DNA from: an uncultured Dehalococcoidia bacterium
Lineage (GTDB): Bacteria; Chloroflexota; Dehalococcoidia; Bin125
NCBI GenBank assembly: GCA_964347635.1
Contig: CAYFZI010000001.1
Location: 29,322 to 93,321 of the forward strand
DNA length: 64,000 bases
Direction of reading: 5' to 3'
This document shows positions 56,504-64,000 of the stretch, piece after piece (the first letter of the stretch is position 1; every line of letters starts with the position of its first letter). The translations under genes were made by a program, and so were the position numbers. The notes under the pieces were generated by a model. That model was not told where the DNA came from, ran no database searches, and saw nothing but the letters and a program-made list of their open reading frames with translations.

Positions 56504-57442
56504 TCAGGATTGGGCCTCGCGCGGGTCGAACAAGCGGTGCCAGATGGACGGGTCGGCGCTCCAGCTGTTGGCGCGGCGCTGCGGCCCGAGCAGCTCGACC
56601 GCAGCGATCGCCAGCGCGGTCGCCGCGGCGAGCACCCCGAGTGTGCGGAGCGCCAGGCGGGCGGCGCGGCGCAGGTCGCTGCGGTCGGGCGGCGGGCGCT
56701 GCCAACCGCTGATCCGGCCGTTCCAGACCATTCGGCGGTCAAGCGCGACGGCCATCGCGGTCACCGCCAGCGGCGTCTCGGCCGAATCGACGATGTCGTC
56801 GAGGTGCAGCGAGAGCGATTCACCGCCGCGCCCGGCGACCAGCGTTGCGCCGCCCGCGATCGCGTCGCGCGCCTGCTGCACGGCGGCCAGCTGGCCCGAA
56901 GATTCGAGCACAGCGGCGAGCGGGCCGTCGGCGCCGCCGCCGATCCCACCGATGCTCTCGGCGGCGGCCCAGGCGACGGCGCCCGGCAGGTCGGCCACGG
57001 CGTAGGCCGCCCAGGGGCCGATGACGCTCTCACTGGCGCCCTGCGCGAGCCGCCCCAGCTCGAGTTCGACGGTGCCGGTGACGGCGGCCGAATCGTGTGC
57101 GGAGGCCAGCTGGCGTTCAGCTAGGCGGGCCGCGCGCAGGCTGCGCCAGGCGTCGAAGGTGGTGGACAGCAGCAGCGCCTGCGCAGTGATCCAGGGCCAG
57201 CGCCGGCTGCGCCCGCCGGCAGCGCGGCTGAGCAGCGCCGCGCCGCGCGTTGCAGCGACAGCCAGCAGCAGCGGCGCGGCCGCACGCAGCCGCGCCGCCG
57301 CGGCGCGCGCCGAGAGGCGCTCAAGCGCCCAGGCAAACCAGGTCGCGTGCGGGGCCGGCGGCGGGCCGATGAGCGCCTGCAGGGCGGCATCGATCAGCAG
57401 CGCGAGCGCAAAGACGGCGATTCGATCGGCGATCCGGCGCAT
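56504..57442 (-). CDS. CobD/CbiB-like membrane protein (adenosylcobinamide-phosphate synthase family, tentative)
   Basis: Multi-TM protein with an N-terminal LLIDAALQALIGPPPAPHATWFAWALERL segment, resembling CobD LLLD...GEP..HP. Only moderate confidence in the family call. Confidence 0.5.
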   Translation of the reverse strand: MRRIADRIAVFALALLIDAALQALIGPPPAPHATWFAWALERLSARAAAARLRAAAPLLLAVAATRGAALLSRAAGGRSRRWPWITAQALLLSTTFDAWRSLRAARLAERQLASAHDSAAVTGTVELELGRLAQGASESVIGPWAAYAVADLPGAVAWAAAESIGGIGGGADGPLAAVLESSGQLAAVQQARDAIAGGATLVAGRGGESLSLHLDDIVDSAETPLAVTAMAVALDRRMVWNGRISGWQRPPPDRSDLRRAARLALRTLGVLAAATALAIAAVELLGPQRRANSWSADPSIWHRLFDPREAQS

Positions 57443-57678
57443 GGCACCTCGCATGCCCATACGGTGCGGCCAGATTAGGCGCGCAGCCGCCGAACCGCCT
57501 CTGTAATGCGAGATACAGAAGCGGTTCGGCGGGCTTGGGGGCAGTTGCGCGTGCTTGACAAGGTGCAGGGCGCTCCCCACAATGTGCAAGGTTTCACAAA
57601 CGAAACAGCGTGCTGGAATTCACAAACCCCCGCCAGCCATCCACAGGGCGTACACCGGGCGCCCAGGAGGAGCACGAG

Positions 57679-57888
57679 ATGCCAGTCACTCCGCCGTCGA
57701 AATGCCCCCGCTGCAGCGGCTCGATGTTGGTTGAGTCCGATGCCCACAGCGTCTATTCGAGCTGCCTGGCCTGCGGCTACGTCTATGAGAGCAGCATCAT
57801 CTCGGTCTTCGAGCTGGAGCGCGAGCAGGCCGTCGAAGAGGGCCGCCAGCGCCGCCGCCAGCCCTCCCACGGCAAGCTGCGCCTCTAG
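57679..57888 (+). CDS. Small zinc-ribbon protein (69 aa)
   Basis: CPRCSGSMLVE...CLACGY gives a CxxC-x17-CxxC pattern. Strong AGGAGG RBS. An upstream TTGACA-N17-CACAAT promoter-like element lies at ~57566-57594. Confidence 0.6.
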   Translation: MPVTPPSKCPRCSGSMLVESDAHSVYSSCLACGYVYESSIISVFELEREQAVEEGRQRRRQPSHGKLRL

Positions 57889-58151
57889 CAGCCCGCACCC
57901 AACCCGTCTGCTTACGCTTACGCACTCTGCACCCAGCCCCGCTTGCCCGAAGCGCCGCCGCGCAGCGGCCGGCGGATCCCCGCTCCCGTCTCGCTTGCAG
58001 GGGAAGATGGGGATCGCGGGGTTTCTCCTCCCTACAAGCAACTGGGTAAGGGGAAGCGGCGCAGTGGGTCTTGCCCGCCGGCGCGGCGGATAAGCGCTGA
58101 CGCGCCTGTCTCGCGCCGAGTTCGCCTGCTGCCGCCAGCTGGCTATTGCTG

Positions 58152-58652
58152 CTAGGGCAGCCGGACGTCGCCCGAGCGGCCGCCGCGCTTTTCGCGCAGG
58201 CGGATGTCTGTAATCCGCATCCCGCGGTCAACCGCTTTGGCCATGTCGTAGACCGTGAGCGCGGCGGCGCTGACCGCGGTCAGCGCTTCCATCTCGACTC
58301 CGGTCCGCCCCTCGCAGCGGACGCTGGCGCGGATTTCGATGCGCGGCGGGTCGGCGTGCGGCGTCAGCGCCAGATCGATGTGCGAGAGGGCGAGCGGGTG
58401 GCAGAACGGGATCAGCTCGTGGGTGCGTTTGGCGGCCATCACGCCGGCGATCTGGGCGGTGGTCAGCACGTCGCCCTTTTTCAGCTGCGCGCTTTCGATC
58501 AGGCGCAGCGTTTCGGCCTGCATCCGTACGCAGCCTTCGGCCGCGGCGCTGCGCTCGGTGATCGCTTTGCCGCCGACGTCGACCATGCGGGCGCGGCCGG
58601 CCGCGTCGACGTGGCTGAGGCCTTCGGGCGCTGCCTCGGGCGGGTCGGGCAA
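58152..58652 (-). CDS. moaC: Cyclic pyranopterin monophosphate synthase accessory protein
   Basis: ...LSHVDAAGRARMVDVGGKAITERSAAAEG...TGVEMEALTAVSAAALTVYDMAKA. Start is ambiguous: the TTG at 58652 gives a canonical-length N-terminus (LPDPPEAAPEGLSHVD...). The first ATG at 58586 would truncate it. The track ORF runs 158 bp into moaA. Confidence 0.8.
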   Translation of the reverse strand: MPDPPEAAPEGLSHVDAAGRARMVDVGGKAITERSAAAEGCVRMQAETLRLIESAQLKKGDVLTTAQIAGVMAAKRTHELIPFCHPLALSHIDLALTPHADPPRIEIRASVRCEGRTGVEMEALTAVSAAALTVYDMAKAVDRGMRITDIRLREKRGGRSGDVRLP

Positions 58653-58668
58653 GTCCGCTGCCAAGGTG

Positions 58669-59718
58669 TCAGCCGCCAATGTGGGACATCTCGATTTTGG
58701 GCAGGCCGCTGGTGGCGGCGCTGCGGAGCTCGGAGTAGCGATCGGTGCGGCGCCGCCAGATGCTGCTGATCCGCTCGGCGAGCTGCTGATCGGTCTGGCC
58801 GCTGCGCAGCGGTGCGCGCAGATCATGCCCCGCAGCGGCGAACAGGCAGGTGTAGAGCTTGCCTTCGGCGGAGATGCGCGCGCGTGTGCAGTCGCCGCAG
58901 AAGGGCTGCGTGACCGAAGTGATCACGCCGAGCTCGCCGGAGCCGTCGCGCCAGCGCCAGCGCCGCGCCACCTCGCCACGGTAAGCCGGCTCGATCGGCT
59001 CCAGCGGCAGCGCCGACTGCAGACGCTCGATGATCTCGGCGGCGGGCACGACGTCGTCGAGCTTCCAGCCGTTCGATGCGCCGACATCCATGTACTCGAT
59101 GAAGCGCACGATCTGGCCCGTGCCGCGGAAATGCTCGGCCAGGCGGGTGATTTCGCTCTCGTTGACCCCGCGCTGAATCACCGCGTTGATCTTGACCGGG
59201 GCCAGGCCGGCCTGCGCGGCCGCCTCGATCCCTTCCAGCACGCGCTGGAGGGGAAAATCGACGCCGTTCATCTGGCGGCTCACGCCGGAATCGATCGCAT
59301 CGAGGCTGACGGTGACGCGGTCGAGCCCGGCTGCGGCCAACGGCTGCGCCAGCGAGGCCAGCCGCGAGCCGTTGGTCGTGAGCGCCAGGTCGACGCCCGG
59401 CAGCGCGCGGCGCAGCATGCCGACCAGCGTCGGCAGCTCGGCGCGGACGGTCGGCTCGCCGCCGGTCAGGCGCAGCTTGCGCAGCCCCAGGCGGGCGAAG
59501 ACTGCGGCCAGGCGGACGATCTCCTCGAAGCTCAGAATGTCGGCGCGGGGCAGGAACTGATAGCCGGCTCCGAACACCTCTTTGGGCATGCAGTAGGGGC
59601 AGCGGAAGTTGCAGCGGTCGGTGATGGAGACGCGCAGGTCATGCAAGACGCGGCCGAACTGATCGCTCGCGGGCGCGGCGGCCGGCTGCAGCGTGCGGCG
59701 CTCGGCGGGGGCGGTCAC
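58669..59718 (-). CDS. moaA: GTP 3',8-cyclase (radical SAM)
   Basis: Radical SAM CNFRCPYCMP motif, a C-terminal CGDC cluster, and the typical ...KIEMSHIGG ending. Confidence 0.93.
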   Translation of the reverse strand: MTAPAERRTLQPAAAPASDQFGRVLHDLRVSITDRCNFRCPYCMPKEVFGAGYQFLPRADILSFEEIVRLAAVFARLGLRKLRLTGGEPTVRAELPTLVGMLRRALPGVDLALTTNGSRLASLAQPLAAAGLDRVTVSLDAIDSGVSRQMNGVDFPLQRVLEGIEAAAQAGLAPVKINAVIQRGVNESEITRLAEHFRGTGQIVRFIEYMDVGASNGWKLDDVVPAAEIIERLQSALPLEPIEPAYRGEVARRWRWRDGSGELGVITSVTQPFCGDCTRARISAEGKLYTCLFAAAGHDLRAPLRSGQTDQQLAERISSIWRRRTDRYSELRSAATSGLPKIEMSHIGG

Positions 59719-59726
59719 GGCGGCGC

Positions 59727-60362
59727 TCAGCGTTTCACGGTGAGCGCCGCGTGCAGCGCCGCGAGCGCCCAGTGCGCATGCTCGAGCGCATGCGCGCGGT
59801 GGCTGATTCGATTCTTCTCGTCCATACTCAACTCCGCCATGCGGCGGCCGTCCGGCAGCTCGAAGATTGGGTCGTAGCCGAAGCCGAGGCTGCCGCGCTC
59901 GTCCACAGCGATTCGACCTTCAACGGCGCCTTCACCCACGCGCACGTTGGTCGTGAAGGGGAAGGCGAGCGCGACGACGCAGCGGAAGCGGGCGCCGCGC
60001 TCGGCGGCTGGAACCCCGTCCAGCGCGGCGAGCAGTTTGGCTCGGTTGGCTGCGTCGTCGGCCTGAGCGCCAGCATACCGCGCGCTGTAGATGCCGGGCG
60101 CGCCGTCGAGCGCGTCCACCTCCAGCCCCGAGTCGTCGGCCAGCGCAGGCAGTGCGGCCGCGTTGGCGTAGGCGCGCGCCTTGCGCGCCGCGTTGGCTTG
60201 GTATGTGCCGCCGTCCTCAACGACCTCGAAATCGGCCAGGCCGACATCGGCCGGCGCAGCCAGCCGCCACTCGCCCGCGCTGCTCGGGAGCTGCTCGAAG
60301 AGGTGCGCAAACTCGCGCAGCTTGGCGCGGTTGCCGCTGGCGATCAGCAGGCGTTGGGGCAT
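59727..60362 (-). CDS. rdgB: dITP/XTP pyrophosphatase (RdgB/HAM1 family)
   Basis: LLIASGNRAKLREF... and FGYDPIFELPDGRRMAELSMDEKNRISHRAHAL. Confidence 0.9.
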   Translation of the reverse strand: MPQRLLIASGNRAKLREFAHLFEQLPSSAGEWRLAAPADVGLADFEVVEDGGTYQANAARKARAYANAAALPALADDSGLEVDALDGAPGIYSARYAGAQADDAANRAKLLAALDGVPAAERGARFRCVVALAFPFTTNVRVGEGAVEGRIAVDERGSLGFGYDPIFELPDGRRMAELSMDEKNRISHRAHALEHAHWALAALHAALTVKR

Positions 60363-60372
60363 CGGCGCGGCG

Positions 60373-61413
60373 TTAGACGGCCCCGCCCTCTTGCTCGAGG
60401 GAGGGCGAATATTCGCCGCGCCGCGCGGCGCTGGTCAGGCGGGCGCGCTGCTGGAACGCGGCCTGCGCGGCCGCCGCGTTGCCGGCTTCACCGCTCCAGA
60501 CGGCCAACGGCGTCGCTTGCAGGCCGCGCCCGTAGGAGAAGCTCAGCTCCCAGGGCGCGCCGCCTTCGGCGGCGGCCAGGCGGTTGATCGCGTCGAGGTT
60601 GATCGTCGCTTCAGCGTCGCTCTGCCCGCCGGAGAGGAAGACGCAGCCGGGCACCGCGGCCGGCACCGTATTGCGGAAGACGCGCAGCGTCTCGGCGGCG
60701 ACCGTCTCGGCCGGCGCGCGGTTGGCGGCGCTTTTGCCCGAGAGCACCATGTTCGGCTTCAGCAGCGCGCCGGCGAGGTCGACGTGCTGCGCGGCGCAGG
60801 CCGCGAAGGTTGTGCGCAGCGCTGCTTCTGTGGCCGCCGCGCAGGCCGCGATGCCGTGCCCGCCGTCCATCAGCACTTCGGGCTCAATAATCGGCACCAG
60901 CCCCGCTTCCTGCGAGAGCGCCGCCATGCGCGCCAGCGCGTGCGCGTTGACATCGAGGCAGTACTCGGTCGGAATGCCTTCGCCGATCGCGATCACGGCC
61001 CGCCACTTGGTGAAGCGTGCGCCCAGATCGCGGTACTCATTGAGCCGCTCGCGCAGCCCGTCGAGCCCTTCAGTGACTTTCTCCTGGGGCGAGCCGGCCA
61101 AATCTTTCGCGCCCTTATCGATCTTGATGCCGGGAATCACGCCGGCTGCGGCCAGCACTTCCACGAGCGTGCGTCCGTCGGAGGCTTGCTGGCGCAGCGT
61201 CTCATCGAATAGGATCACGCCGGAAATGTAGTCGCCGATCCCATCGGCGGTGAAGAGCAGCTGGCGCCAGTCGCGGCGGTTGGTTTCGGTCGATTCGACT
61301 CCGATCCCGTCGAAGCGGCGTTTAATCGTCGGCGCCGATTCGTCGGCGGCGAGAATGCCCTTGCCGGGCGCAACGAGGGCGCGGGCGGTGGCGTGCAGGT
61401 CGGCGCTGGTCAT
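60373..61413 (-). CDS. fba: Fructose-bisphosphate aldolase, class I
   Basis: GKGILAADESAPTIKRRF and the overall class I aldolase TIM barrel. ATG at 61413 with AAGGAAG RBS. Confidence 0.88.
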   Translation of the reverse strand: MTSADLHATARALVAPGKGILAADESAPTIKRRFDGIGVESTETNRRDWRQLLFTADGIGDYISGVILFDETLRQQASDGRTLVEVLAAAGVIPGIKIDKGAKDLAGSPQEKVTEGLDGLRERLNEYRDLGARFTKWRAVIAIGEGIPTEYCLDVNAHALARMAALSQEAGLVPIIEPEVLMDGGHGIAACAAATEAALRTTFAACAAQHVDLAGALLKPNMVLSGKSAANRAPAETVAAETLRVFRNTVPAAVPGCVFLSGGQSDAEATINLDAINRLAAAEGGAPWELSFSYGRGLQATPLAVWSGEAGNAAAAQAAFQQRARLTSAARRGEYSPSLEQEGGAV

Positions 61414-61459
61414 ACGGCTGCTTCCTTCATTCGGTTGCGCGGCGGCGCCGCGCGCGGCG

Positions 61460-62422
61460 TCAGCCGCTGTTGAGGCGCTGGACGACGGACTGGACGACAT
61501 CGGCGTTGCCGACGATCAGCGGGGTGCGTTGGTGCAGCCGCTCGGGGGGCAGATCGAGGATCCGCTGCAGGCCGTCGCTGCCCGCACCGCCGGCCTGTTC
61601 GGCGATGTAGCAGAGCGGGTTCGCCTCGTAGCCGAGGCGCAGCTTGCCCTGCGGGCTCTTGCGGTCGCCGGGGTAGAGAAAGATGCCGCCTTTGAGCAGG
61701 CCGCGGTGAAAGTCGGCGACCAGCGAGCCGACGTAGCGCAGCCCGTAGGCCCCGCGCAGCTGTGCGACCGCCGCCTGCATCGGCGCTTCCCAGTTGCCTG
61801 CGTTGCCTTCGTTGACGCTGTACGCCGCGCACTTCGCGGGAATCGTGATCTCCGCATGGCTGTGCACGAACTCGCCCGAGTCAGGGTCCAGCGTGAAGCC
61901 GTCGACGCGGCCGGCAACCGCCGCGACGAGCACGGTGCAGGAGCCGTAGCCCACAAAGGCCGCTGCGATCTGCTCCCGCCCGCTGCGCAGCAGCGACTGC
62001 TCGCTCACGGGGCTGCCGCCGCTGCGCCGGTAGATCGCGAAAATCGAGCCGATCGTCACCGCAACATCGATGTTGCTGGAGCCGTCGACGGGGTCGAAGA
62101 GTGCGAGGTACGGGTGGCTGGGCGCGTCGCTGACGAAGACCGCCTCCTCAAGCTCCTCGCAGGCGAGCGCTGCGACGCGCCCGCACCCGCTCAGCACCTC
62201 GACGAAGGTGTCGGTGCCGGCCGCGTCGAGCCGCTGCACGATCTCGCCCTGCACGTTGACCTCGCCGGTATCCCCGGTCAGATCGAGCAGCGCGGCGCGG
62301 CGGGTCAGCGCGTCGACCCGCTTCGCGCCGTCGGCGATGGCCTCGATCACTTCGATCAGGCCGTCGACGCCGCTGCGGCCGGCCAGCGCCGCTTCGAGCA
62401 CGCTCCGCAGGGATCCGTCCAT
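61460..62422 (-). CDS. fbp: Fructose-1,6-bisphosphatase, class 1
   Basis: FBPase motifs (DPVDGSSNID, GYEANPLCYIAEQAGG). Forms a gluconeogenic pair with fba. Confidence 0.9.
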   Translation of the reverse strand: MDGSLRSVLEAALAGRSGVDGLIEVIEAIADGAKRVDALTRRAALLDLTGDTGEVNVQGEIVQRLDAAGTDTFVEVLSGCGRVAALACEELEEAVFVSDAPSHPYLALFDPVDGSSNIDVAVTIGSIFAIYRRSGGSPVSEQSLLRSGREQIAAAFVGYGSCTVLVAAVAGRVDGFTLDPDSGEFVHSHAEITIPAKCAAYSVNEGNAGNWEAPMQAAVAQLRGAYGLRYVGSLVADFHRGLLKGGIFLYPGDRKSPQGKLRLGYEANPLCYIAEQAGGAGSDGLQRILDLPPERLHQRTPLIVGNADVVQSVVQRLNSG

Positions 62423-62580
62423 CGGCGGCTCCTCTCGCTCGATAGGGTAGCTGTTGGGCGATCGTTGCAGCGGCGCCGAGCGCGATCAAGCCGCTGGCCG
62501 TGAACAACACTGCGGCTGCGCAGCGGCATGGCAGGGCGTACGATGATTGGGGAGACGCTGATGCGGCGGAGCGCGCTGGC

Positions 62581-64000
62581 ATGACCTACGACGACGCAAT
62601 CGCCTGGCTAATGAGCTTCGCCGATTTCGAGCGCGGCTCGCTGCCGCGCCGCTCGCGCCCCCAATTCGCGCTCGAGCGGATCCGTTCGCTGCTGCGCCGC
62701 CTCGGCGATCCGCAGTTGGGGCGGCGCACCGTGCACATCGCCGGGTCGAAAGGCAAGGGCTCGACCGCGGCCATGATCGAATCGGTGCTGCGCGCCGGCG
62801 GACAGCGGACCGGCCTGTTCACCAGCCCCCACCTGCACTCGTTCTGCGAGCGCATCCGGATCAACAGCGCACCGCTGCCCGAAGAGCACTTCGCCGACCT
62901 CGCCGCCCAGCTCCGGCCGCACGTGGAAGCCGAGCTGGCCGAACAGCCCGGCCACATCAGCACCTTCGAGCTGCTCACCGCCCTCGCCTTCTACGCTTTC
63001 CGCCTGCACGAAGTGGACACGCAAGTCGTCGAGGTCGGACTCGGCGGGCGGCTCGACTGCACCAACGTCTTCGCCGAAAAAGACGTTGCCGTGATCACTT
63101 CGCTGTCGCACGAGCACACCGAGATTCTGGGCGAGCGGATCGAGCAGATCGCGGCTGAAAAGGCGGGCATTCTGACCGCCGGCACGCACGCCGCCGTGCT
63201 TGGCCCGCAGCGCGCGCCCGAAGCGGCCGCCGTTGTCCGCAACGCTGCCGACGACGTGCCGACGCCGCTGGTTGATACGGCCGCGTCCTACAGCTGGGAG
63301 CCGGCCGGCGTCGAACCCTGGGGGCAGTGGTTTCGGATCATGCGCCGCGCGCCGCGGCCGGGCGAGTCGGCTCAGTTGCTGCTGCTCATGCCGCTCTTGG
63401 GGCAGTTCCAGATCGAAAACGCCGCCGCCGCGCTGGCCGCTGTGGACCTGCTGCGCGCGCAAGGCTTCGAGCTGTCGGACAGTGCGCTGCACACTGGCTT
63501 GGCCACGGTGCGGTGGCCGGGGCGGCTCGAAGAGCTGCAGTGGCCGTCCGCGTTCGGCGGCGGCCGCGCGGCGCCGCGGCTGGTCATCGATGGGGCGCAC
63601 AACGGCGAATCAGTGCGCCGCGCGCTGGACGCGCTCGACCAGTATTTCCCCCACGAGCGGTTGATCGCCGTGCTGGGCGTGCTGGGCGATAAGGCGCTCG
63701 ATTCGATCGCGGCGGCGCTGATGGAGCGGGCCGATGCGCTGGTGCTGACCGCTTCGGACCACCCCCGCTCGCGGCCCGCCGATGATCTCAGCTCGGCCTT
63801 TGCCGCCTGGGAAGGGCCGCTCACCGTTGCCGCGTCCGTGCCGGCGGCGCTGGCGGCGGCGCGCGGGCTGGCCGGCCGCGATGCGGACTTGGTCGCCGTG
63901 CTCGGTTCGCTCTCGCTGGCGGCGGAAGCGCGCGCGGCTATCCGCGCCGCCGCGGCCGAGCCGGCCGCAGAGGCAGGGGCGGCCGGCGATCTCGATCCGC
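62581..64000 (+). CDS. folC: Folylpolyglutamate synthase / dihydrofolate synthase (partial; continues beyond the window end)
   Basis: MTYDDAIAWL..., the HIAGSKGKGSTAAM P-loop, and the Mur-ligase middle and C-terminal domains. Not in the ORF track because no stop lies in the window. Confidence 0.85.
   Translation, partial: MTYDDAIAWLMSFADFERGSLPRRSRPQFALERIRSLLRRLGDPQLGRRTVHIAGSKGKGSTAAMIESVLRAGGQRTGLFTSPHLHSFCERIRINSAPLPEEHFADLAAQLRPHVEAELAEQPGHISTFELLTALAFYAFRLHEVDTQVVEVGLGGRLDCTNVFAEKDVAVITSLSHEHTEILGERIEQIAAEKAGILTAGTHAAVLGPQRAPEAAAVVRNAADDVPTPLVDTAASYSWEPAGVEPWGQWFRIMRRAPRPGESAQLLLLMPLLGQFQIENAAAALAAVDLLRAQGFELSDSALHTGLATVRWPGRLEELQWPSAFGGGRAAPRLVIDGAHNGESVRRALDALDQYFPHERLIAVLGVLGDKALDSIAAALMERADALVLTASDHPRSRPADDLSSAFAAWEGPLTVAASVPAALAAARGLAGRDADLVAVLGSLSLAAEARAAIRAAAAEPAAEAGAAGDLDP

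Noticed and set aside
57443-57678. Cobalamin riboswitch upstream of the cobD-like gene
   Set aside because: I read the minus-strand leader looking for the B12 box (GCCACTG-type core) and the characteristic GGTG/AA elements and did not find them. Only a long hairpin is present.

Overview
This is a high-GC (~70%) bacterial chromosomal window with no rRNA, tRNA or CRISPR. By gene content it could be a Chloroflexota/Thermomicrobia-like or actinobacterial genome; I cannot name it. The ORF track is dominated by long antisense and Arg/Ala-rich artefact frames typical of high GC, so calls below rest on recognisable protein families. The left end holds the replication-initiation region: obg (partial), a candidate oriC with TTGTCCAC-type DnaA boxes and an AT-rich unwinding element, and dnaA. 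It is followed by coaX-coaBC, an FTR-like CxC protein coupled to pepA, rpsO-pnp, and a dapB-asd-dapA lysine cluster. The middle holds an acyl-CoA carboxyltransferase, a peptide-type ABC importer without its ATPases, an MFS transporter, purA, and a low-GC island carrying a Dam-family methyltransferase. The right half is a fatty-acid/acyl-CoA neighbourhood (ACAD, MaoC, two ACAD-like flavin monooxygenase paralogs flanking a Panacea/SocA antitoxin-like gene, acyl-CoA ligase, three crotonases, a penicillin-acylase-family Ntn hydrolase, CoA-transferase) followed by thyX, moaA-moaC, rdgB, fbp-fba and folC (partial). The most interesting signal is a tandem array of four paralogous minus-strand genes (38683-42984) for secreted or membrane-anchored proteins. 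They are built from two domains I do not recognise: an N-terminal ~55-aa 'EVRI..RRLDDGR.EFGLQQR...W...P.ARY.P....DRWL.SSP' repeat and a ~140-aa two-cysteine C-terminal domain ending '...GLF.TP.Q.N.D.CG[QEH]Y'. These are shuffled with a LysM domain and, at a fifth locus (28823-29734), with a redox-inactive TlpA-like thioredoxin fold (WNTGD instead of WCxxC). Two array members share a recent ~315-bp duplication that includes a conserved ~60-nt 5' leader.
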